Assembly (NCBI RefSeq): GCF_000016745.1
Contig: NC_009483.1
Coordinates: forward strand, 3,510,001-3,542,000
Origin: Geotalea uraniireducens Rf4
GTDB taxonomy: Bacteria; Desulfobacterota; Desulfuromonadia; Geobacterales; Geobacteraceae
Direction of reading: 5' to 3'
DNA length: 32,000 nt
Part shown: positions 8,031-14,831 of the stretch, piece by piece
How positions within the stretch are numbered: the stretch's first letter is position 1
Layout: every line of letters begins with the position of its first letter
The notes under the pieces: generated by a model
What the model saw: only the letters and a program-made list of their open reading frames with translations
Database searches by the model: none
Told to the model about the DNA's origin: nothing
Position numbers and translations under genes: made by a program

Positions 8031-9749
8031 TCACTCCTTATCCGGCAAGGGAAAGGTGAAAAAGAACGTGGCGCCCAGACCGACCGCCCCGTCTGCCCAG
8101 ACTCGGCCGGCATGTCGGTCGATGATCCTTTGGACGGTGGCGAGACCGATTCCGGTGCCGGGAAAATCACCGGAACGGTGCAAACGCTGGAACGGTTTGA
8201 AGATCCTTTGGGCATCCCGCATATCGAAACCGACCCCATTGTCGCGCACGAAGAACTGGACGGCCCCGTCGCTCGATTTCTGTCCGAACTCTATCCTGGG
8301 GTGATCATGTCTGGCAGTATACTTCCAGGCATTGCCGATCAGGTTTTCCAGAAGGATGCGGGCCAGGTGGGGATCGCACCATGCCACAATTCCCTCGACA
8401 AAGCGCCATTCCACCGCACGTTCAGGATTACGCAGACGGAGTTCGGCCATGATCGCATTGGCCAGGGCGCTCAAATCCACCTCCGCATAGCTCAGTTCGG
8501 TCCTGGACACCTTGAACAGCACCAGCATCGCCTCGATCAACTCTTCCATATTTTCGCAGCCTTGGCGGATGGCGTTGAGGAGGGTCAGGCCGGTATCGTC
8601 CATCTTGTCGCTGCAGATCTCGGCAAGGGCCTGGGCCGCCCCATACAGACCGGTAAGGGGGGCGCGCAGGTCGTGGGAGAGGGAATAGCTGAACGCCTCG
8701 AGTTCCCGGTTCGTGGCCTGCAGGTCGAGAGCCTGCTGGCACAGGCTGTCGTTCAGCTTGCGGATCTCCCCTTCGGACTTCTGCCGTTCCGATATGTCGC
8801 GCACCACGCAGACAATGCCGCCATCCTCCAGAACGGTGAGGGATATCTCCTGGGGAAACAGGGTGCCGTCCTTCTTCTGGCCGGTTGCCTCGCCGCGCCA
8901 CCCGCGCTGCTTGTCGCCCCCCTCGTAGATGAGAGACTCCAGCCGTTGCAGCTCGTCGGCAGGATAGAGGACATGCCAGCTCTTTCCCATCAGTTCAACC
9001 TGGGAAGGATAGCCATATATGGAGGCATGGGCCTTATTGAGGTAGAGGTATTCGCCGCCGGGATTCAGAATGGCGATGCCGTCCATCGAAGCCTCGATGG
9101 CCGCCAGCTGCTGCCTGAGGCGGTTTTCTGCGATCTTGCGGTCGGTGATGTCGCGCACCGATTCTATACCGGCGATGATCCGTCCCGCTGCATCCCGGAG
9201 CGGAGCCGATATTATCTCCACATGGCGGGGGCCCCGTTCATTGGGAGAGCTCGTTTCCCGCCGATGGAGAAGTCCGTCGGCAAAAGACTCGACGAGATTG
9301 CAGTCCGGGCAGACCGACGGCAGCTGATGATAAGCGGCATAGCAGTATTCCCCCACATGGTCTCCCATCACCTTCCTGGTGCCAGGGCTCTGGTAGAGGA
9401 TTTTCATGTCGGTGTCCTGGACGCTCACGGCATCGGGCATGGCGGCAAGGATTGCCTCGGAGCGGGCCTTTTCGGCGGCCAGGTTGGTCAGCGCTTCTTC
9501 CAGGGAAGAGGAGATGCGTTCCTGTGTCAGGGATTTCCGCCAGGCATAAATTATAAAGACAAGGAGAAAGAGCATCGACTGTATCCGGTATGCCAGTTCC
9601 TGCCCGTCAGGATGCAGGATTTGCTGAACAAAGCTACCTTCGTCGAAGAAAACCCCGTCCAGATAACAATCCGCCACCCAGAAAAACAGCATCAGGCCGA
9701 TTCCCGTCCCGACCAAGCTCCAGCGATTGTTCCGGCGTCGTGCCGCCAT
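8031..9749 (-). CDS. Membrane-anchored PAS-domain sensor histidine kinase
   Basis: The ORF track starts at a TTG (9752); the ATG at 9749 follows GGGAGG and is preferred. Two N-terminal TM segments, then two PAS-like regions (..DAVSVQDTDMKILYQSPG.., ..MDGIAILNPGGEYLYLNKAH..). H-box SHDLRAPL, N-box LIGNAWKYT, G1 DNGVGF, G2 GTGIGLATV. No response-regulator gene in the window. Confidence 0.9.
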   Translation of the reverse strand: MAARRRNNRWSLVGTGIGLMLFFWVADCYLDGVFFDEGSFVQQILHPDGQELAYRIQSMLFLLVFIIYAWRKSLTQERISSSLEEALTNLAAEKARSEAILAAMPDAVSVQDTDMKILYQSPGTRKVMGDHVGEYCYAAYHQLPSVCPDCNLVESFADGLLHRRETSSPNERGPRHVEIISAPLRDAAGRIIAGIESVRDITDRKIAENRLRQQLAAIEASMDGIAILNPGGEYLYLNKAHASIYGYPSQVELMGKSWHVLYPADELQRLESLIYEGGDKQRGWRGEATGQKKDGTLFPQEISLTVLEDGGIVCVVRDISERQKSEGEIRKLNDSLCQQALDLQATNRELEAFSYSLSHDLRAPLTGLYGAAQALAEICSDKMDDTGLTLLNAIRQGCENMEELIEAMLVLFKVSRTELSYAEVDLSALANAIMAELRLRNPERAVEWRFVEGIVAWCDPHLARILLENLIGNAWKYTARHDHPRIEFGQKSSDGAVQFFVRDNGVGFDMRDAQRIFKPFQRLHRSGDFPGTGIGLATVQRIIDRHAGRVWADGAVGLGATFFFTFPLPDKE

Positions 9750-9894
9750 CAACCCTCCCGCGCCAAAATAAACATTATAAAATTAAAAGTCGATAAATTT
9801 CTGACAGATGACACCAATCCAGGGTTAACGGGAGTATTAAACCTAGAAAAGCATTTGGTCCACTAAATACACGAAAATCACTAACAAAATCGTT

Positions 9895-10449
9895 CTACGG
9901 AATCCAGTTGAGCGTCTGCTTCTGAAAGTCGATGGTGTACTTGAGGCCGCCGAGGAAAGTCATGCCGAGCAGCCCGTCCCCCATAATGCCGGCACGCTGC
10001 CTGATAATGACAACCTCCTGCCTGGCGCGCCGGATCGGTCCCACCCGCATCTGAGTAAGGACCCCTTTTCGGGCCTTGAGCACCTTGCCCCCCACCACGC
10101 CGACCCGCACATTGTCCGTCTCGCCGATGTTGAGACGGGCCGCCACTTCAGGGGTGATCACAGACGTGGTGGCCCCGGTATCAAGCAGGAGCATGGCCTC
10201 GGTTTCCGCTTCGCCGTTCGTCAGGGTCACCGGCACAAACACCTGGAGGCCTGAGATGACTACCGGCGTCGAGAGGAGAGCCCGCTGCCGCTCCCTGGCC
10301 GCCTTGGCCTCGGCAGCCTTGCGCGCCTGGAGGGACTGGGCCTGCTCGGCCTCCTCCTGTTGCTTCGCCGCGGCCCGCTCGTTTCGTTCCTTCTCCAGCA
10401 TCACAGCCCGCTCGTCCTCCGGCAGGTCGTCGTACTTGTCCTTACGCAC
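9895..10449 (-). CDS. Retropepsin-like (clan AA) aspartic protease, probably 5'-truncated by the adjacent IS
   Basis: DTG active-site context LLLDTGATTSVITPEVAARLNI, preceded by a charged coiled-coil-like region. The listed start is a GTG with no SD at a usable distance. The frame stays open for 26 more codons (GGDRNGTLHFVEDPSHIPKEYRNKKQ) right up to the IS boundary at 10529/10530. Confidence 0.65.
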   Translation of the reverse strand: MRKDKYDDLPEDERAVMLEKERNERAAAKQQEEAEQAQSLQARKAAEAKAARERQRALLSTPVVISGLQVFVPVTLTNGEAETEAMLLLDTGATTSVITPEVAARLNIGETDNVRVGVVGGKVLKARKGVLTQMRVGPIRRARQEVVIIRQRAGIMGDGLLGMTFLGGLKYTIDFQKQTLNWIP

Positions 10450-10688
10450 CTGCTTCTTGTTCCGGTACTCCTTGGGGATATGGGACGGATCTTCTACAAA
10501 GTGGAGCGTGCCGTTTCGATCCCCCCCTGTGTCAGAATAGTTGTCGCCTCAGATGGGTTGTTTAGCCACGGTCTTCCGAGCTGAATTGCAACGAGCGTAG
10601 CGAGCTTGCGATTCAGCTCGAAAGACCGGGACCGGCAAAAGCCGGCGACCCGTATTTTTTCAACATCTGGGGGCAGCAAGGATCTATA

Positions 10689-11222
10689 ATGACATACACA
10701 CAAGGATTCAAATCCAGCCTGGTTCGCAAGATGGCCTGCCCTAATGGCGTCTCGGCCTCAGCTCTATCCCGAGAAGTGGGAATTCCCCAACAATCACTCT
10801 CTCGCTGGCTTCGAGACGCAAATGTCGTGAATGAATCTGGTAACTCCCCAATTTCTGAAGCACCATGGAGAACAATGTCCCCAAAGCGCCCACAAGACAA
10901 GTCTGCCGAAGAAAAGCTCAAAATCGTCATCGAAGCCGAGACGGTTGCCGAAGATCAACTTGGCGCCTTCCTGCGTCGCAATGGAATTCATGAAGCACAG
11001 TTACGCGAGTGGCGCGCCATGATGCTTTCGGGGCTGCAAAAACCGTCTCGGCCTTCCTCAAAAACATCAGAGGAAACTCGCAAAATTCATGCACTGGAAA
11101 AAGAATTACTGCGCAAAGATAAAGCATTGGCCGAGGCCGCCGCGATTTTGATCCTCAAAAAAAAAGTCCAATCGATCTGGGGGGGCGAGGACGAGCCCAC
11201 GGACAAGAGGAACGGCAGATGA
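10689..11222 (+). CDS. IS3-family transposase OrfA (HTH plus leucine-zipper-like region)
   Basis: 177 aa. HTH-like GVSASALSREVGIPQQSLSRWLRD. Coiled region IHALEKELLRKDKALAEAAAILILKKK ends at the slippery A-run. Confidence 0.85.
   Translation: MTYTQGFKSSLVRKMACPNGVSASALSREVGIPQQSLSRWLRDANVVNESGNSPISEAPWRTMSPKRPQDKSAEEKLKIVIEAETVAEDQLGAFLRRNGIHEAQLREWRAMMLSGLQKPSRPSSKTSEETRKIHALEKELLRKDKALAEAAAILILKKKVQSIWGGEDEPTDKRNGR
11157..11166 (+). other. Programmed -1 ribosomal frameshift site (A9G run) of the IS3-family element
   Basis: CTC AAA AAA AAA G in the orfA frame. The -1 frame (orfB frame; 11219 is 2 mod 3 versus 0 for orfA) is open across the site (..FDPQKKSPIDLGGRGRAHGQEERQM..), which would give an OrfAB fusion. 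Confidence 0.6.
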
Positions 11223-12244
11223 TCGGGCAACTTATTGAAGAGGCAACCCATTCCGGAGCGAGACTTGAATCGGCCGTTGTCGCCATCGGGCTGAGCATTC
11301 GCACGTTCCAGCGTTGGAATCTCCAGGATGACGGAGCAGATCGGCGACATGGGCCAGTCGCAGAACCGGCGAACAAGCTGGCTCCGTCGGAGCGGCAGAA
11401 CATCATCGATATTGCAAACTCCCCGGCGTTTCGGGATATTTCGCCGAAACAGATCGTGCCGCAATTGGCCGATCAGGGAATATACGTGGCGTCGGAATCG
11501 AGTTTCTACCGGGTGCTCAAAGACGATGGGCTGATGACTCACCGGGAACCCTCCCGGCCCGCCACCAGCCGCAAGCCAAAAGAACATGTGGCTACCGGTC
11601 CTTGCCAGGTCTGGTCATGGGACATCACCTACTTGAAGAGCCCGATTCTTGGGCAGTTCTTTTATCTCTACATGATCATGGATGTCTGGAGCCGCAAGAT
11701 CGTAGCGTCCACGGTGTTTTTAAAAGAATCCAATGACTATAGCGCCAGGCTGTTTCTGAAAGCCTGTATCAGGCTCGGCATCAATCCGGAAGGCCTGATT
11801 CTTCACTCCGACAACGGCGGCCCGATGAAAGGGGCGACCATGCTGGCTACTCTCCAGCGCCTGGGCGTAATTCCTTCCTTCAGCAGGCCACAGGTCAGTG
11901 ACGACAACCCTTTCTCAGAAGCGCTGTTCCGAACCATGAAATATAGACCTGGTTATCCGAGTCGGCCTTTTTCAAGTCTGGCAGCGGCCCAGACTTGGGT
12001 TGATGGTTTCGTCGCTTGGTATAACACGGAGCATCTGCACAGCGGCATTCGCTTCGTCACCCCGGACGATCGCCACTTCGGCCGGGAGAAAGCCATCCTG
12101 TTAAACCGCCGGGAGATATACGAGAAGGCCCGGCAACAAAACCCAAACCGCTGGTCAAAAAACATCCGAAACTGGGAGCCAGTGGAAACAGTTTATCTTA
12201 ACCCTGAACCAACGGCGGAAGTCGAACTTCTTGACGCCGCATAA
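11219..12244 (+). CDS. IS3-family transposase OrfB (DDE/rve integrase core)
   Basis: 341 aa. VWSWDITYL (first D), LHSDNGGPMKG (second D), VSDDNPFSEALFRTMKYRP (E region), WYNTEHLHSGIRFVTPDDRHFG tail. ATGA overlap with the orfA stop. Confidence 0.88.
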   Translation: MIGQLIEEATHSGARLESAVVAIGLSIRTFQRWNLQDDGADRRHGPVAEPANKLAPSERQNIIDIANSPAFRDISPKQIVPQLADQGIYVASESSFYRVLKDDGLMTHREPSRPATSRKPKEHVATGPCQVWSWDITYLKSPILGQFFYLYMIMDVWSRKIVASTVFLKESNDYSARLFLKACIRLGINPEGLILHSDNGGPMKGATMLATLQRLGVIPSFSRPQVSDDNPFSEALFRTMKYRPGYPSRPFSSLAAAQTWVDGFVAWYNTEHLHSGIRFVTPDDRHFGREKAILLNRREIYEKARQQNPNRWSKNIRNWEPVETVYLNPEPTAEVELLDAA

Positions 12245-12275
12245 AAATTCAACAGAGGCGACAACTACCTTGACA

Positions 12276-12892
12276 CCCGCCGCCAATGCCCGACCGCGCC
12301 CGTCCATGCTGATGGCGATGTTGTGCAAGGTGAGGACGCTGGTAAATGCATCGCTTGTGAACTGGCAGCCCTGGTCGGTGTTAAATATCTCAGGGCAACC
12401 AAACGTTCGAAGCGATTGCTCCAGGCAATCAACGCAGAACCCGCTGTCGAGTGAGTTCGATAATCGCCAGGCCAGTACCTTGCGCGAATACCAGTCGATC
12501 ACTGCAGCAAGGTACGCAAACCCGCGTGCCAGGCGGATGTAAGTGATGTCAGTACTCCAGACCTGATTTGGCCGGGACACGTTTAACCCTCTGAGCAGGT
12601 ACGGATAAACCTTGTGCTGAGGATGAGGACGGCTGGTATTTGGCCCTGGCGCCATGCCAGCCAACCCCAAGACCCCCATCAATCGCTGAACTCGCTTACG
12701 GTTGACGGGATGGCCTTTGGTGGCCAGATGCACCACCATTTTACGGCTACCGTAGAACGGGTGACAGGTATATTCAGCATCAATCAAAGCCAGCAACAGC
12801 AATTCCAATTCATCCGGTACGGCGACAAAATGGGGGGCATAAACAGTAGAACGGGCTACGCCCGCTAACTCGCATTGCCGGGTGAGCGCCAT
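12276..12892 (-). pseudogene. Truncated IS3-family transposase OrfB (lacks the segment that should carry the catalytic E)
   Basis: QVWSTDITYIRL (D), EIFNTDQGCQFTS (D), ISMDGRGRAL. After that the listed ORF 12155..12892 reads on into the terminal IR of the other IS (..AAGVKVVVASVEFL..), which is non-transposase sequence. Confidence 0.75.
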
Positions 12893-12927
12893 GGAACCTT
12901 GCAGATCTACCCAGCGCCTGCGGTCTG

Positions 12928-13221
12928 CTACTGGCCAATCCCGGACTTTTTTTTAAGCCAGTCAAGTTCCATCTTCAACCGCCCGATTTCCGAGTAGAGC
13001 CGCTCAGGGCTGGCGGAAGGATCATCGGGCTTGGGGCCGCGCTTGGAATCGAAAATTCCAGGTGCCTGTGCGATCAGGGCTTTCTTCCATTCCCCAACCT
13101 GGGTCGGATGGATAGCAAATTCCTGGGCGATTTCATTCAAGGTCTTCGTCCCTCGGATCGCTTCGAGTGCGACTTTTGCCTTGTGCTGACTGGTGAAACT
13201 TTTACGGCTCTTTTCGCTCAT
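12928..13221 (-). CDS. IS3-family transposase OrfA (HTH_Tnp_1-like)
   Basis: MSEKSRKSFTSQHKAKVALEAIRGTKTLNEIAQEFAIHPTQVGEWKK.. The internal ATG at 13221 has AAGGAG 7 nt upstream and is preferred over the ATG at 13251. It ends in LKKKSGIGQ across the slippery run. Confidence 0.8.
   Translation of the reverse strand: MSEKSRKSFTSQHKAKVALEAIRGTKTLNEIAQEFAIHPTQVGEWKKALIAQAPGIFDSKRGPKPDDPSASPERLYSEIGRLKMELDWLKKKSGIGQ
12946..12954 (-). other. Canonical IS3 A-AAA-AAG -1 frameshift motif
   Basis: Minus strand reads CTT AAA AAA AAG TCC. The orfB frame (12892) is -1 relative to orfA (13221-12892=329, which is 2 mod 3). Confidence 0.6.
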
Positions 13222-13286
13222 TGCCTGCTCCTTTTTATCGCAGGCTACCATCTTAAACTATTGTCCGAAAATTGGGGTCCACTATA

Positions 13287-14223
13287 GTTCAATAGAAGCT
13301 TTAAGCCGAAACCTTGTCCGCAGAAAGAACGGAAACTGGGGATAAAGGCGGATAAACCCTTTCATCTTTGCTTTTGCCTGATCCGCTTTGATCATCTTTT
13401 TCCGCCTGTACTGCGTTCAAATCCCAGGTTCTGTTTTATCCGCCTCTAGATGCTTTCCGCCTGATCAACTTCAGGGCGTTCAATAGAAGCTTTAAGCCGA
13501 AACCTTGTCCGCAGAAAAAACGGAAACTGGGGATAAAGGCGGATAAACCCTTTCATCTTTGCTTTTGCCTGATCCGCTTTGATCATCTTTTTCCGCCTGT
13601 ACTGCGTTCAAATCCCAGGTTCTGTTTTATCCGCCTCTAGATGCTTTCCGCCTGATCAACTTCAGGGCGTTCAATAGAAGCTTTAAGCCGAAACCTTGTC
13701 CGCAGAAAAAACGGAAACTGGGGATAAAGGCGGATAAACCCTTTCATCTTTGCTTTTGCCTGATCCGCTTTGATCATCTTTTTCCGCCTGTACTGCGTTC
13801 AAATCCCAGGTTCTGTTTTATCCGCCTCTAGATGCTTTCCGCCTGATCAACTTCAGGGCGTTCAATAGAAGCTTTAAGCCGAAACCTTGTCCGCAGAAAA
13901 AACGGAAACTGGGGATAAAGGCGGATAAACCCTTTCATCTTTGCTTTTGCCTGATCCGCTTTGATCATCTTTTTCCGCCTGTACTGCGTTCAAATCCCAG
14001 GTTCTGTTTTATCCGCCTCTAGATGCTTTCCGCCTGATCAACTTCAGGGCGTTCAATAGAAGCTTTAAGCCGAAACCTTGTCCGCAGAAAAAACGGAAAC
14101 TGGGGATAAAGGCGGATAAACCCTTTCATCTTTGCTTTTGCCTGATCCGCTTTGATCATCTTTTTCCGCCTGTACTGCGTTCAAATCCCAGGTTCTGTTT
14201 TATCCGCCTCTAGATGCTTTCCG
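13287..14223. repeat. Tandem array of a 191-bp unit, 4.9 copies, near-identical
   Basis: Unit starts (GTTCAATAGAAGC) at 13287, 13478, 13669, 13860 and 14051, exactly 191 apart. The last copy stops at 14223. The only difference I can see is G at 13327 in copy 1 versus A in the others. No ORF of 60 aa or more in any frame; 191 is not a multiple of 3. Confidence 0.95.
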
Positions 14224-14622
14224 TCTATTATCAAAGGATCTACGTCTAACCTGCGGCTGCGGACCAAAGTTCAGCAGTAGACCAACCTCAATTTCCGTTG
14301 CTCTGAGATAATTGAACAACTGCGATTCATGCTCCGGGGCAAGTTGTTTTACGGCCTTGACTTCTACAATGACTTTCCCCTCGACGAGAATGTCGGCAAA
14401 ATAGTCACCAACCGGATTTTCTCCGTAATAGACCGTAATCGGCCATTGAGCGGTTGCTGTAATCTGTCTCTTTGCCAGCTCCAACAGGAGTGCATTCTCA
14501 TACACCTTTTCCAGAAAGCCGAATCCAAGCGTGTTGTAGACAGTGTAGAAACAGCAGATAATGGCATCAGTCAATTCCCGATGCTTGTAGATGTCTTCGT
14601 CATTACACCCCCTGTCCGTCAT
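14200..14622 (-). CDS. GxxExxY-family protein (PD-(D/E)XK nuclease-like fold)
   Basis: 140 aa. Family-typical layout: LTDAIICCFYTVYNTLGFGFLEKVYENALLLEL, VGDYFADILVEGKVIVEVKAV, HESQLFNYLRATEIEVGLLLNFG. The last 7 codons plus the stop lie inside the 191-bp repeat. Confidence 0.75.
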   Translation of the reverse strand: MTDRGCNDEDIYKHRELTDAIICCFYTVYNTLGFGFLEKVYENALLLELAKRQITATAQWPITVYYGENPVGDYFADILVEGKVIVEVKAVKQLAPEHESQLFNYLRATEIEVGLLLNFGPQPQVRRRSFDNRRKASRGG

Positions 14623-14636
14623 GGCCCCCCGCCCCC

Positions 14637-14686
14637 CTATTCTGCCCTATTCTGCCCTATTCTGCCCTGTTCTGCCCTATTCTGCC
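14637..14686. repeat. 10-bp tandem repeat CTATTCTGCC x5 (fourth copy CTGTTCTGCC)
   Basis: Read directly. It begins 15 nt upstream of the GxxExxY ATG (14622). On the coding strand it reads GGCAGAATAG x5. Confidence 0.95.
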
Positions 14687-14831
14687 CAATAGCAAAATGC
14701 CTGCGTGTCGGACCCACACATTTCACTTGCCGATTCCCGAGGAGTTCCGGGACGGAGTTCCGGGGACGCCATACTTATTCACCGATAATGATTGGCATGG
14801 CGTCTCCGAAATTCCCCGAATGCTCCGTTCG

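Larger units (their letters stand above)
10530..12275 (+). mobile_element. Intact IS3-family insertion sequence (orfA/orfB with -1 frameshift site)
   Basis: Terminal inverted repeats TGTCAGAATAGTTGTCGCCTC (10530-10550) and the reverse complement of 12255-12275, TGTCAAGGTAGTTGTCGCCTC (18/21 match, TG...CA ends). Two overlapping transposase ORFs, with orfB in the -1 frame. Flanking triplets differ (ctg versus ccc), so there is no target-site duplication. Confidence 0.85.
12276..13281 (-). mobile_element. 3'-truncated second IS3-family element (orfA intact, orfB cut off by the neighbouring IS)
   Basis: Outer end on the minus strand is TGGACCCCAATTTTCGGACAATAG (13281 downward). It has orfA and the first ~205 codons of orfB. 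The homology-type sequence stops at about 12276-12290, where the other IS begins. No right-hand IR was found. Confidence 0.75.

Noticed and set aside
8013-9866. 617-aa plus-strand ORF
   Set aside because: Exact antisense of the histidine kinase, which has clear H/N/G1/G2 boxes. The composition is Gly/Ala/Arg/Pro-rich with no recognisable motifs. This is a typical long antisense open frame of a high-GC gene.
13590-13625. tRNA-like T-arm (CTGCG-TTCAAAT-CCCAG) inside each 191-bp unit
   Set aside because: Only 4 of 5 stem pairs form, and there is no matching acceptor, D or anticodon arm within the expected distances. It is not a tRNA gene; at most it is a relic.
13287-14223. CRISPR array
   Set aside because: The units are 191 bp and directly abutting, with no unique spacers. 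No cas genes are in the window.
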